DNA of 63,632 nt, counting the filler, from Octopus bimaculoides (taxonomy: Eukaryota), in the NCBI RefSeq assembly GCF_001194135.2. It is 7 parts of 7 records of this genome, joined end to end, with 100 filler letters (N's around TTAATTAATTAA, not from the genome) between each part and the next. Parts side by side here need not be neighbours in the genome. Positions count along the whole stretch, not along the records: positions 1 to 7,949 come from NC_069001.1; positions 8,050 to 16,300 come from NC_069007.1; 5 more parts are not named here. One strand, written 5' to 3'. This document shows, piece by piece, positions 1 to 13,850 of the stretch. A program made the translations under genes and the position numbers. The notes beneath the pieces are model-generated. The model did no database searches. It was not told where the DNA came from and worked only from the letters and a program-made list of their open reading frames with translations. Positions within the stretch are counted from its first letter, which is position 1; each line of letters begins with the position of its first letter.

Positions 1-1662
1 CAATCACAGCAATTTGGTTTTCAATCATCACAGAAGCCAGATTTTCGTCAATAAATTTGGACCATTAAAGGCGAATTGATGGTTCCTTCTAGCAATCAAT
101 GTGGCAATAACACCATTAATATTGATCGCTATTCGGTGGTGGGGTGATGGGAAAAATATTTCTTTGTTTACTATCTTGTGCCGAAATCAAAGATATAACA
201 CTGAGAGGTGACCATCCATAGTTCGATGAAACAAATAAATTGGCTTGTGTTTCATCCCACTAAAAATTTTTTTTTTTTTTTACAAAAATAATAAAGATCT
301 TTATTGCTTCTTTGTGTGATAGCGTCAAGAGAAGATTTTCGAAAAAGTATCACCGTATCTGAGATTCTTTCAATGGGCATTCGCTAGTAACCTCCCTTTA
401 TTTCCCCTCTTCACTGCTTCCCAGTTCCGTGTTTATTTTCCCATCCAGAATATTCGAAATGGAAGATGGGACTTCAATGGCCAATAGATATTTTTATTTA
501 TTCTAAGGAAGGAGTTGATTGGTTAAGTCTATATTCTCTAAATATCGTTATTCATGGCAGTTATTTTCTCCCTATTTGCGTTCACAGAAAATATTCAATA
601 TGTTAGAACTGTTTAACAGTTTGCAGGGACACCAACTACGATCGCTGGATGAACTAGAAATAGTAGCAAAATTCCCTAAAATTACAAGCACCATCTTACA
701 GAAAGGATTTTTTAAAAACCACTAAAAAATGTACACGCGCACACATATACATACATGCACACACAATCACTCACGCATACATATGTATGTGTGTACGTAT
801 ATGTATGTATATATATATAAATATGTATATATACACACATTCGAGAATATATATATTCATCTATACATTTAAACACACAAATCCCGCCGAGGTCGACTTT
901 GCCTTTCATCCTTTTGGGGTCGATAAAATTAATACCAGTTATGCACTGGTGTCGATATAACCGACTTAATCCTTTCCCCCCAGCGAGCTGGTAGAATCGT
1001 GAACTCGCCGGACAAAATTCTGTGACATTTCTTCTGTCCGTTATAGTCCCGCGAGCAAGTCAGTGCATTGGGCCTTATGATATTCATTTTCTGACAGCAA
1101 ACCACAGCTTACATAGATCAGAATTGGGTCCCTAGACCAGTAAGGCCCCCAAGAAATTGCTTTAAAGCGGAACTAGCTGCCCTCCAGTAAATTTATCAAA
1201 ATATGGAGTTAGTTCTGAGTATGGCCTAATGAATATGCTGGCATTCAGCATGTTCCAGTCAGCTGGAAAACAAAACTAGGGGAGAGCACATACACTTGGC
1301 AGACAGCGTCATTCCAAATAAGTAGTGCTTCCTGATTGGTCCCAAGTGGTTTCACCCCACCCCAATTTTCTATTGAGATGTTTCATTGCCATACAATTAT
1401 ACTCTGGTTTCCAAGTTTTTCCCTATTTGAATCTATGGAAACTTCCCTTGTTTTTCTGTGATGTATTACTATCTTTGAATGCCCTTGTAGCAAATAAGAT
1501 ATTAAACAAAGAATTAGATTGGATGCACATACTATACATTACATACATGATAGATAGAAAGATAGATGGATAAGTAGGTAGGTAGGTAGGTAGGTAGGTA
1601 GGTAGATATCTGTACATCTGTATGTGATCGTTTAAATATATATAAATAGATATATATGTATT

Positions 1663-1710
<48 letters not shown>

Positions 1711-1994
1711 ATGTACGAATATGTATCTTAAATGTTTGCGTACGTATATAGCGGAAGTGGTAAGTGATATTTAAAGATTTTTATGATTTCTTCTTCCCCG
1801 GAGACACTTGTCTAAGAGTGGATTCATTTGTAATTTTTTAATCAGATTCTAGACGCATTTATGTGTGCTCTGTGAATACATACACACATAAGTACATACA
1901 TACATACATTTTTTAACGTGTCTGTATAAATCACATGTTTGCTTCTAACCTACAAACAGTATATAGAGAGACGAGGAAGGAAAACATTACTGCT

Positions 1995-2745
1995 TACAAA
2001 ACCCCCTCCCAAGAAGATCTTGAATCATTCTGGTTGAAAATCTGGAACGAAATGAGAAATATTAACCTCAATGCATCGTGACTAAATGCAGTAAAGAGAG
2101 AAAACTGTATCAAGGTCAACGGTGAAACATATGCAATGGACCTGGAAATTTCCACCATATCTGTAGCCAAACTGCATTATGGGAAGGCACTTGGAGGGTG
2201 GGATCTAATAGTTGGATACTGGTATAAGATGCTGACATTTTACTGGAAACCATTACTGAGTATATTCAAAAGTACTATGGAAGGTCAGATTGACATACCA
2301 AATTATCTTACTGAAGCACGGACGAATCAGGTGGCCAAGAATGGAACCACCGAGCTGCCTGAAAACTACAGGCCCATTGCTTGCTTAAACATTATGTACA
2401 AACTGAACACAAGCTGCCTCAACCAATTGCCCCAAGATCATTGTAAGCCCAACAACATAGTGACTGATGAGCAAGCCCGTGGAAAGAAGGGAATGTGGGG
2501 ATGTGCCGAGCAACTTCTACTAAACGAAGCTGTACTGTCTGAGGTAATAAAAAAAAAACCATGGCATGATTATAGGAAGGTATTTGTCTCTATTCCCCAC
2601 TCATAGCTCTTGAAGTAACTCCATTTGGCAAAGATGTCTGCTACCTAATTGCTGCCATTGAGACGCTCACGAAGACCTGGGCCACAGTCCTCACACCTAG
2701 AACAGTGAGTGGAACGATTGTATCCGATGCCACAAAATATTTCAA
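1995..2745 (+). mobile_element. R4/Dong-like non-LTR retrotransposon RT fragment (degraded)
   Basis: FWLKIWNE...KALGGWDLIVGYWYK...ENYRPIACLNIMYKL...EQARGKKGMWGCAEQLLLN...DYRKVFVSIPHS, with stops and frameshifts after 2606. Confidence 0.75.
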
Positions 2746-3139
2746 AGTCAGAAATTTAGCATTGGTTTCACTACTACTATACAACGTCTTCGTTCACAAA
2801 AACGTTTCTACCAAGCAATTGATTAAGAGCAGACTGACGGAGCATAAACAATTTTTCCAGGCTAAATAAAGGACATTTTCTCCCGAAATATCTATTTACA
2901 AATTATTGTGGAAAGCACGCGAATTACAATTGCAACACAAATCTATGCAGTACTGCTTTCTTCATTTCAATTTCAATTGTATAGATAGCACTGTTGCACG
3001 TAGATATATTTACAAGCGTGTATATAGAAAAACAGATAGAGAGAGCTAGAAAGATGGAGAGAGAGAGAGACACACACAGACAGACAGATAGATAGATAGA
3101 TAGATAGATATGAGCACTCATAAACATGTTTTCTATCTA

Positions 3140-3508
3140 GTATTCGTCTCAGTCGTTAGACTCTGGCCATGCTGGGGCACCGCCTTGGAGAATTTTATAG
3201 GCGAATGAATTGACCCCAGTATTTATCTAATATTCAAAGCTGTTACTTATTCTGCCGTTCTCTTTTGCCGAACCGCTAAGTTACGGTGACGTAAACATAC
3301 CAGCATCGGTGGGAACGACAAACACAAATATACAAATACACACACTCATATATATATATATATACGACGGGTTTCTTTCAGTTTCCGTCAAACAAATCTA
3401 CTCACAAGGCTATAGTAGAAGACACTTGCCCAAGGTGCCACGCAGTGGGACTGAACCCAGAACCATTTGGCTGGGAAGCAAGCTTCTTACCACACAACCA
3501 AGACTGCG

Positions 3509-3509
<1 letters not shown>
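3140..3509 (-). mobile_element. SINE family B
   Basis: Same modules as 62640-63030. Confidence 0.75.
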
Positions 3510-3581
<72 letters not shown>

Positions 3582-4483
3582 CCTTTTACTTTCCAAACGC
3601 CCTGGAATAGATAAATACTACGCACTTTTACAAACGTACACACGTATATGTGTGTGTGTGTGTGTGTGTGTATTGTGGGTTGTTGTTTTTTTACTATTTA
3701 CCATACCGCGACATTCCAACTTTTCAACTGCCAAAGTTCGTTTTCTTCAGATTCATACTAGCTTGACGTGTGTGCGTATACATATGTGCGAGTGAGTGTG
3801 TATGTGGTAACATATGTATATATATATATATGCATATATGTCGGAATATATATATATATATACACACACATAAATATACGTACATACCTGAATATATATA
3901 TACGCTTGCAAACAAACATTTATATATACATATATAGATATGTGATTGGGCTGTGGTAGAAGTAGTAGTAGTATTAGTAGTAGTAGTAGCGACAAGAGTG
4001 TGGCTTTATGCTGTTGAGCGTAAACATGGTGCTGTTGTTGGGGGTAGCGGTGGAAGTTGTGTTGGTTGCGATGGCAGCAGCAGTAGCAGCAAGAAAGAAA
4101 AAAATAAAACATAAAGAAAAAAGATGGTAGCCCGACAAATAGCTTAGAAACACTTCCGGCCAACGAGGAATTATGGGACTATAAAATCTGTTTATTGTTC
4201 ACGCCAATGATATCGTAGGAACGTTAGATAGTAATAATGATAACTGTACAAGGATGGATTTTGTGAGGGGGGGTTGGGGTAGCGGATCTGGGGCATACGT
4301 TCAAATACTCCTATAAATGCAATACGTATTGAGAAGAATGGGATAAGAGATACACGAACATCAATTGATATATATAAAATATGACTGCGTATATATATAT
4401 ACGTACACACACGTATATATATGCACATTCCCCTGACTGTGTACACACACACACGGTCGCACGCAGACACATATATGTATGTT

Positions 4484-4522
<39 letters not shown>

Positions 4523-4721
4523 GCATATTTTTTGTTTTTTGCTTGTCATTCGAACTACAGTTCACGAAACACCCGTAAAGTTTCGAGATGAGATCGATTA
4601 TTCCAAACCAAGAATATATATATATACATATATATATATGTGTGTGTGTGTGAGTGTGTGTAGAGTGTTTATGCTAAATGTAAATAAATATATATACCAA
4701 GCAGCCTAATTTGATATATAC

Positions 4722-4773
<52 letters not shown>

Positions 4774-4775
4774 GT

Positions 4776-4816
<41 letters not shown>

Positions 4817-5523
4817 NNNNNNNNNNNNNNNNNNNNNNNNNNNNNNNNNNNNNNNNNNNNNNNNNNNNNNNNNNNNNNNNNNNNNNNNNNNNNNNNNNNN
4901 NNNNNNNNNNNNNNNNNNNNNNNNNNNNNNNNNNNNNNNNNNNNNNNNNNNNNNNNNNNNNNNNNNNNNNNNNNNNNNNNNNNNNNNNNNNNNNNNNNNN
5001 NNNNNNNNNNNNNNNNNNNNNNNNNNNNNNNNNNNNNNNNNNNNNNNNNNNNNNNNNNNNNNNNNNNNNNNNNNNNNNNNNNNNNNNNNNNNNNNNNNNN
5101 NNNNNNNNNNNNNNNNNNNNNNNNNNNNNNNNNNNNNNNNNNNNNNNNNNNNNNNNNNNNNNNNNNNNNNNNNNNNNNNNNNNNNNNNNNNNNNNNNNNN
5201 NNNNNNNNNNNNNNNNNNNNNNNNNNNNNNNNNNNNNNNNNNNNNNNNNNNNNNNNNTACATACATATAAGAATAAATAGATAGACAGACAGACAGATAG
5301 ATAGTTAAATAGATGATAAATAGATAGGCAGATATATAAATATATATATAAATAGATAGATAGATAGATAGGCAGGCAGATAAATATATAGATAGATAGA
5401 TAGATTGGATGTGCTAGAAACAAATGTAAAGAATATTATTTTTATATAAATACATTTGAAGTTATGTCCGTATCTACAAATGAGTAGAAATATAAAAATA
5501 ATTTTGTCGTTATGTGTATGTAA

Positions 5524-5556
<33 letters not shown>

Positions 5557-5761
5557 AATGTATAAGTGCATTTATGGCTATATATATGCACGCATGTGTG
5601 TGTATGAATCTATAAATGTATTTGTGATTATGTGTACATATGTATATACGTTTGCAAATGAATCTGTGTGTATATATGTGTGTGAATGTATACATATATT
5701 TCTAGCTATGTGAATATGTATGTGTGTATAAATACGTTTCTATCTTTGTTTCTATATGTGT

Positions 5762-5834
<73 letters not shown>

Positions 5835-6326
5835 TAGTGGTGTATGAGTGATACTGCAAGCATGTATATGTGTATATAAAAGTATTCGTGGTAATGCATA
5901 TGAGTGTATGTATATATCAAAAATATACATGCTGGTGGCCATGGTTCCGGTAACGTGTATAAATGTATAACTGTATAGTTATACACGTGAATATGTATGT
6001 GTTTGTAGATATGTATGCATGTATGTACATATATATATATATATGTATATGCGTGAGTGTATAATATGTAATTTTTTTATTATGTGTGTGTGTGTATGGT
6101 TATATTTGTAGTTACGTGGGTGTATAAAATTGTGAATATATTTTTATATTTGATTGTGTGTTTTGTATATATAAATGTAAAATATTGTAGACGTGTGTTG
6201 ATTGTATAAATGTATTTGAAGTTGGAGATGTTTACATGTGTGTGTATACTCATAGACACGCATATATATACACACTCATCCAAGTATATATATGTGTGTG
6301 TGTACGTGTGTGTGTGTGTATACTTA

Positions 6327-6363
<37 letters not shown>

Positions 6364-6423
6364 CTTAGTCATGTGTATGTAAGAATGTAACTATTCATAA
6401 NNNNNNNNNNATATATATATATA

Positions 6424-6474
<51 letters not shown>

Positions 6475-7663
6475 TTATATATATATATATACACGTATAT
6501 ATGGATATATGCATATATATATATATGCATATATAAATATATGCATATATAAATATGTATATTATATATATATAAATATATATGCATATATATANNNNNN
6601 NNNNNNNNNNNNNNNNNNNNNNNNNNNNNNNNNNNNNNNNNNNNNNNNNNNNNNNNNNNNNNNNNNNNNNNNNNNNNNNNNNNNNNNNNNNNNNNNNNNN
6701 NNNNNNNNNNNNNNNNNNNNNNNNNNNNNNNNNNNNNNNNNNNNNNNNNNNNNNNNNNNNNNNNNNNNNNNNNNNNNNNNNNNNNNNNNNNNNNNNNNNN
6801 NNNNNNNNNNNNNNNNNNNNNNNNNNNNNNNNNNNNNNNNNNNNNNNNNNNNNNNNNNNNNNNNNNNNNNNNNNNNNNNNNNNNNNNNNNNNNNNNNNNN
6901 NNNNNNNNNNNNNNNNNNNNNNNNNNNNNNNNNNNNNNNNNNNNNNNNNNNNNNNNNNNNNNNNNNNNNNNNNNNNNNNNNNNNNNNNNNNNNNNNNNNN
7001 NNNNNNNNNNNNNNNNNNNNNNNNNNNNNNNNNNNNNNNNNNNNNNNNNNNNNNNNNNNNNNNNNNNNNNNNNNNNNNNNNNNNNNNNNNNNNNNNNNNN
7101 NNNNNNNNNNNNNNNNNNNNNNNNNNNNNNNNNNNNNNNNNNNNNNNNNNNNNNNNNNNNNNNNNNNNNNNNNNNNNNNNNNNNNNNNNNNNNNNNNNNN
7201 NNNNNNNNNNNNNNNNNNNNNNNNNNNNNNNNNNNNNNNNNNNNNNNNNNNNNNNNNNNNNNNNNNNNNNNNNNNNNTATATATATATGGTTGTACGTAT
7301 ATGAAAGACCACGCCTTTCCTATAAAATCGTAGGTACTCGGTAGCTGATGTTTTGTCATCGACACCTACAGTGGAAATAGCCTGAATGCCAAACGATCTG
7401 GGTGGCGTAGATACCAGGAATGGCAAAATGGTAAACGTTATTACAAAGATATTATGAAGCATTAAAAAAACCCCCCAAAAAACAGAACCTATTGTTTCTT
7501 TGTAGTCTTTGTGCTTGTCCTACTAATCACAACACGTCGGGTGAAAGGAACAATGTTAGAATTAAAGTGTTATAGATCTATGTTGGGTGTATGTGTACAT
7601 GTCTGTGCGTGTCTGTGTCTGTAAATATGTCTGTATGTATGTGTATGTATGTGCATGTGTATG

Positions 7664-7700
<37 letters not shown>

Positions 7701-7927
7701 TTGTTTAAAAGACTTCCAACACTGTCTGTTTTTTATGTTTTATTTATATTCCTGCAGAACCAATGTGGGGTATAGAATATGGAATATACAATATATAATA
7801 TAGTATACAATATATAATATAAAATAAAATAAAATAAAAATGGATGGCACCATGAAAGAAAGTATTGAATGTAGATGAAATATTGAGTGTTCAATATAAA
7901 GGATCAAATATATAAATATAAATATAT

Positions 7928-7949
7928 AAAGGCGACTCGAGTTTCAGGG
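7928..7949 (-). ncRNA. 3' half of a hammerhead motif, 5' half lost in the gap
   Basis: Minus strand ccct-GAAA-CTCGAG-TC-gcc: palindromic stem III ACTCGAGT and a GUC triplet, ending exactly at the N spacer. Confidence 0.35.
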
Positions 7950-8049
7950 NNNNNNNNNNNNNNNNNNNNNNNNNNNNNNNNNNNNNNNNNNNNTTAATTA
8001 ATTAANNNNNNNNNNNNNNNNNNNNNNNNNNNNNNNNNNNNNNNNNNNN
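7950..8049. other. Artificial 100-bp scaffold spacer (N44-TTAATTAATTAA-N44); identical at 16301-16400, 19718-19817, 22757-22856, 53599-53698, 58459-58558
   Basis: Six identical constructs. TTAATTAATTAA puts a stop codon in all six frames. Confidence 0.95.
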
Positions 8050-8087
<38 letters not shown>

Positions 8088-8459
8088 TCCCGACCCACCG
8101 CTTGGCAGCTGGTGTTGGTGTGTTTATGTTCCTGTAACTTATCGGTTCGGCAAGAGATAAATAGAATAAGTACCAGCTCTCATAAATAATTAATTAAATA
8201 AATGAATAAATAAATAAACGTACCGGGGTCGATTCATTAAACTAAAAACTCTTCAAGGCGGTGTCCCAGCATGACCGCAGTCTCATGACAGAAACAGGTA
8301 GAAGAGAAGAGACAAAAAGGTAAAAAATACAGCATCAAATGGCTACGTGGGTCCATCCAAGTAAAATATAGAAATCACAGCAATTTTTTCCCCGTTCAAA
8401 CACAGACATTTTAGGATAGCTGTGTCTATGCTTTCTTTTATTTTGGTGTGATTGATGGT

Positions 8460-8720
8460 TGGAGGTGGGGTTCTGGTCGGATGTTGGGGCATGCGCCATT
8501 GCAGTGGTCGTTGCGTTCACCATTTGTCGCTATATTCCCAGTATACTCCCCGGTGACCCGTCGACCCTCCAACAGGGTCCCGATCATTTCCCATCTCCGC
8601 GAGATTGCTCCTCATCTGCCGTGACCACGTGGGATGTGGTCGACCAACACGAGCCGTCAACCCAACGGTACCCTCAGGGAAGAGAATACGGGATGGGTGA
8701 CAAACTAGGAACTCGGATGT
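8460..8720 (-). mobile_element. RTE-like LINE 3' fragment
   Basis: Minus frame HPSRILFPEG...RVGRPHPTWSRQMRSNLAEMGNDR resembles the RTE C-terminal RPRGRP..TWLRQ motif. Confidence 0.5.
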
Positions 8721-8874
8721 TGTTGTTGTTGTTGTTGTTGTTGGTGGTGGTGGTGCTGCTGCTGCTGTTGGTGGTGTTGATGTAATTGCAGTTGTTGTCG
8801 ATGTTGTTACTGTTGCTGTTGTTGTTACCTGTGTTCTTGTTTAACCTTCAGACCCAATTTTTATCCATGAAGAT

Positions 8875-9190
8875 GCGTGGCTTAGTGGTTAGGGCATTCG
8901 GCTCACGATCGCAAAGTCGTGACCTCAATTCCCGGCGGTGCGTTGTGTCCTTGAGCAAGACACTTTATTTCACGTTGCTCCAGTCCACTGAGCTGGCAAA
9001 AATGAGTTGTACCTGTTATTCAAAAGAGCCAGCCTTGTCACATTCTGTGTCACACTGAATCTCCCCGAGAACTACGTTAAGGGTATACGTATCTGTGGAG
9101 TACTCAGCCACTTGCATGTTAATTTCACGAGCAAGCTGTTCCGTTGATCGGATCAACTGGAACCCTCGTCGTCGTAATCGACGGAGTACC
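8875..9190 (+). mobile_element. tRNA-derived SINE family C (copies also 46395-46710 +, 41705-42000 -, 19414-19560 -)
   Basis: ggcttagtggttagggcattcggc head, ccttgagcaagacactttatttcacgttgctccagtccactgagctgg core, tail ...gtcgtcgtaatcgacggagtacc. Confidence 0.8.
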
Positions 9191-9651
9191 AATCTGTATC
9201 TAGCAAACTAATGATCGAACAAGTGATTTCCGGCTGTGACCATTCCGCCAGATTTAGAGATACGTAGTGCTACATTCATTACATGTAGGGGTGGGGTATG
9301 ATTTGATGGAGTCTAGAGGAACATGTCTAAAAAGATGGCTTCTTCCCACCCCTCATCAACCCCAGGCTTTTATTGGTGGATTCAAGGATGAAACATGTCC
9401 CACCAGGGATAGATAGTGGAGCCCCAACCAGTCAGCTGACCGGAAGTGTCTTAGGATCCTGGAAGTAGGATATGAGACGTTTTGGCGCCGCTTCTCTGGC
9501 GTCGCTGATTCGACGCAGACTTATTTCACATCAAACATTTTAATGCTTTTCTCATTCTCTCCTTCCCCTCCCTCTCTCCCACTATTTCTATGTGTAAATT
9601 TGTGTTCCTAAGTGCATGTGTATCACTTTATTCGCCTCCAGTGCAAAGACT

Positions 9652-9751
<100 letters not shown>

Positions 9752-10653
9752 AATTTATGTGTGTGTGTACGTGCGTGTGTGTGTATGTGTGCGCGCATGT
9801 CCTGTGTACGACTTTATACCGCATCCAGTAGTGGGGTCCTTGTACAAGGAATTTCGAGGAATGTAGAACCCTATTTGTCCCCAGATCTCTGACCCACAGC
9901 TGTAGCACCAGTTAGACTCCCAGCTACGGTTTAACTAGCATGTGAACCACTGTGAGGGGAAGGGACCTTAGTTCTCGTTAAAACTTCCTTCTAGGAAAAA
10001 GGTAATCCTTCACAAAATATACCCGAAGTACAGTTGTTTTCTCTTCATCTCAACCTCTCGGAACGTTTGCATGGACTTGCTGAGTTTGAGAAGTGGTCTT
10101 ATTCAGCCACGAGTTGACTTCCATCATGTATGTAACAAATAAAATGTAAAGATACCTTCTCGAGCCATGTCGTCACATAAGGGCCGGTTTCCCGGTTTCA
10201 TGGCGTATATATTCCTCCNNNNNNNNNNNNNNNNNNNNNNNNNNNNNNNNNNNNNNNNNNNNNNNNNNNNNNNNNNNNNNNNNNNNNNNNNNNNNNNNNN
10301 NNNNNNNNNNNNNNNNNNNNNNNNNNNNNNNNNNNNNNNNNNNNNNNNNNNNNNNNNNNNNNNNNNNNNNNNNNNNNNNNNNNNNNNNNNNNNNNNNNNN
10401 NNNNNNNNNNNNNNNNNNNNNNNNNNNNNNNNNNNNNNNNNNNNNNNNNNNNNNNNNNNNNNNNNNNNNNNNNNNNNNNNNNNNNNNNNNNNNNNNNNNN
10501 NNNNNNNNNNNNNNNNNNNNNNNNNNNNNNNNNNNNNNNNNNNNNNNNNNNNNNNNNNNGATTATTTAAAAAAAATACTTTTATTTTTAGATAAAATATT
10601 GTTTTCTTTTCCTTTTCTGCAAACTGTCAGATATACTCTAAACTTCTCTACTG

Positions 10654-10872
10654 CGAGTGGGTGCTGAAAAGTTCCTGGTTTTTGGGTAACAGAAAATTCA
10701 TGAGAATCAGTAAATTATGATTTTATTCAACATATTCTCCCTCTCAGATTCATACACATATTGCAGCAGTTCTTCAGTTTTTCTAAGCCCTGTAAAAGAA
10801 CTTCGAAGGTTGGGCCGCCAACCAGGCCTTTCGCGACACCCTTAAAACCAGGAACTTTTCAGCACCATCTCG
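10654..10872. mobile_element. mariner-type MITE, 29-bp TIRs, TA target
   Basis: cgagtgggtgctgaaaagttcctggtttt ... aaaaccaggaacttttcagcaccatctcg|TA (27/29 match). Confidence 0.85.
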
Positions 10873-11425
10873 TATGTATATCTATTGTTATGACAATCTG
10901 TAAACGTTCCACGTTCAAACCCCACCGAGGTCATCTTTGTCGGAGGGCAATAAAACATGATACCAGCCATGTACGGAGTCGATATAATCGACTCTTTCCC
11001 TCTTCTCAAATGTTTGGCCCTGATTCTTCGTTAGAATTTATTACAAGTAAAACACTGAAACGATGGGTTGTTGGTATGTTTAAAGTGCCGAGTTCACTGC
11101 CTTGCGTTATGTGCTTCTTCTCGTTAGTTACCGAGTTCCAATCACGCCGAAGTCAACTTTACCTTTCATCCTATCAGGGTCGATAAAGTAAAGTAGCAGT
11201 TGAGATTTATTCGAGTAACCCCTCCCCTTAAATTTCTGGTCTTGTGCATATGTAAGAAATTATTATTGTGAAGAAGCGTAGTCTAGTGGTTAAGGATGTT
11301 GGCTCATGATCTTTAGGTCGTGGTTTCGATTCATGGACTGGGTTTCATCTTTTCCTTGGGCAAGGCACTTCACTTCGTGTTCCTCCTCTATTATCCTCTA
11401 TTATCAGCTGAAAATGCATTACAGA

Positions 11426-11457
<32 letters not shown>

Positions 11458-11458
<1 letters not shown>

Positions 11459-11863
11459 TAGTGAATCGAAAAGGAGTGATATTTCATCAGGACAATGCGC
11501 GACCCCACACTGCAAAGATCACATCACAGAAGGTCGAAGAGCTTGGTTGGGAAAAATTCCTCATCTACCTTATTCTCCCGACCATGCTCCTTCAGACTAC
11601 CATTTGTTTCGCAGTTTACAGAATCATTTGGGGGACATAACTTTCGCAAGCCAGGAAGTGGTCGAAACTGACATTTCAGAGTTCTTCGCTTTGAAACCAA
11701 AAGCGTTTTACATTGATGGGATTAAAAAGCTTGTAAATAGATGGAAGGAAGTCATAGATAATCAGGGAAAGTACATTGATGATTAGATTTCAATTAAATA
11801 TAACATTTGATCACTTGTTTTCTTTATTCAAAATTCGGACAGAACTTATGGGATGACCTGATA
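11458..11863 (+). mobile_element. mariner (DD34D) 3' fragment with right TIR
   Basis: LVNRKGVIFHQDNARPH...WEKIPHLPYSPDHAPSDYHLFRSLQNHL...GIKKLVNRWKEVIDNQGKYIDD*, with 34 residues between the catalytic Ds. Ends ttatgggatgacctgata followed by TA. Confidence 0.9.
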
Positions 11864-13469
11864 TATATNNNNNNNNNNNNNNNNNNNNNNNNNNNNNNNN
11901 NNNNNNNNNNNNNNNNNNNNNNNNNNNNNNNNNNNNNNNNNNNNNNNNNNNNNNNNNNNNNNNNNNNNNNNNNNNNNNNNNNNNNNNNNNNNNNNNNNNN
12001 NNNNNNNNNNNNNNNNNNNNNNNNNNNNNNNNNNNNNNNNNNNNNNNNNNNNNNNNNNNNNNNNNNNNNNNNNNNNNNNNNNNNNNNNNNNNNNNNNNNN
12101 NNNNNNNNNNNNNNNNNNNNNNNNNNNNNNNNNNNNNNNNNNNNNNNNNNNNNNNNNNNNNNNNNNNNNNNNNNNNNNNNNNNNNNNNNNNNNNNNNNNN
12201 NNNNNNNNNNNNNNNNNNNNNNNNNNNNNNNNNNNNNNNNNNNNNNNNNNNNNNNNNNNNNNNNNNNNNNNNNNNNNNNNNNNNNNNNNNNNNNNNNNNN
12301 NNNNNNNNNNNNNNNNNNNNNNNNNNNNNNNNNNNNNNNNNNNNNNNNNNNNNNNNNNNNNNNNNNNNNNNNNNNNNNNNNNNNNNNNNNNNNNNNNNNN
12401 NNNNNNNNNNNNNNNNNNNNNNNNNNNNNNNNNNNNNNNNNNNNNNNNNNNNNNNNNNNNNNNNNNNNNNNNNNNNNNNNNNNNNNNNNNNNNNNNNNNN
12501 NNNNNNNNNNNNNNNNNNNNNNNNNNNNNNNNNNNNNNNNNNNNNNNNNNNNNNNNNNNNNNNNNNNNNNNNNNNNNNNNNNNNNNNNNNNNNNNNNNNN
12601 NNNNNNNNNNNNNNNNNNNNNNNNNNNNNNNNNNNNNNNNNNNNNNNNNNNNNNNNNNNNNNNNNNNNNNNNNNNNNNNNNNNNNNNNNNNNNNNNNNNN
12701 NNNNNNNNNNNNNNNNNNNNNNNNNNNNNNNNNNNNNNNNNNNNNNNNNNNNNNNNNNNNNNNNNNNNNNNNNNNNNNNNNNNNNNNNNNNNNNNNNNNN
12801 NNNNNNNNNNNNNNNNNNNNNNNNNNNNNNNNNNNNNNNNTATATATATATATATATATATATATAAGTATATGCATATATGCTTATCTTTCTGAATATA
12901 TGTAGATATATGTTTCTATGTGTATGTATGTATGTATGTATGTATGTATGTGTATGTATGTATGTGTTTGTATGTTTGCATGCATGTACGTATTATGTTT
13001 GCATGCATGTGTGTATGTGTGTACGTGTGTATGTGTGTATGTGTGTATGTATGTATCTATGCATGTATGTATATAAATAATACACACTTCTACCGGTTAT
13101 CATATTCGAATTAAACTACACACACACATACACAAACAAATCAATTTTATAATAATAAATACATAGACAATAAGATACATTGATTATGTAAACCATTAGA
13201 AACTTACTTAGATGACGGTTTTATCTTTTTATTTTTTATTTCACTTTATACTACATATTTATTATTATTTTGTTTCTATTTCATTTTTACCCTTACGCTA
13301 GATATTTATTTTATTTTAATATTTTTTATATTCTTTATTTTTATTTTATTACTTTTTAAATTATTAGCATATACAAACACATAAGAAATATATATTTCTT
13401 AATTTTCTTAAAATCCCATCTGGAGACATGTTACTCTTTTCAAATATACTCCAGCCCTGATGATATTCT

Positions 13470-13850
13470 ACCCAATACCAGTAGCTGGTAGAGCAGTGTA
13501 AATATCGGGGCTGGCAGGCATGTTGCGAGGTAATAGAAGTGGGCCGTCGAGGTTTTGTGTAGCATCCATTTTGCAAAGCTCTGACTGGGCTTGGAGTTAC
13601 TGGTGCAGCAAGCTATAGGGTTAGGAATTGCATTATTGTAGCTACATAGAAAGCCACTAAGTAGCCTTGGATAAAGAGAGCAGAGCTGGGGTTTGCTGCT
13701 GTTGGGAATGCAATCTGGGACTTGGTCAGCCGCAGCTGGAACAACTGGGCGAGGTGGGGGAGGGGGGTCTGGTGTTGAAAGACACGAACCACCCTGGAAC
13801 CCCAGAAACATCACTAACGATGCATACCAGAGCATCCACGAGATGTATCT
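13470..13850 (+). mobile_element. HERO-clade (RLE) non-LTR retrotransposon 3' fragment
   Basis: YQ*LVEQCKYRGWQACCEVIEVGRRGFV*HPFCKALTGLGVTGAA...KATK*PWIKR, followed by the HERO-like 3'UTR tgttgaaagacacgaaccaccctggaaccccagaaacatcactaacgatg. Confidence 0.7.

Noticed and set aside
3309-7803. Many 60-350 aa ORFs ([16 protein letters not shown], poly-X) here and throughout the window
   Set aside because: They are translations of dinucleotide microsatellites and N gaps, not genes.
8875-8950. tRNA-like A/B boxes here and at other SINE heads
   Set aside because: These are SINE heads continuing into SINE bodies. There is no complete cloverleaf, so they are not tRNA genes.
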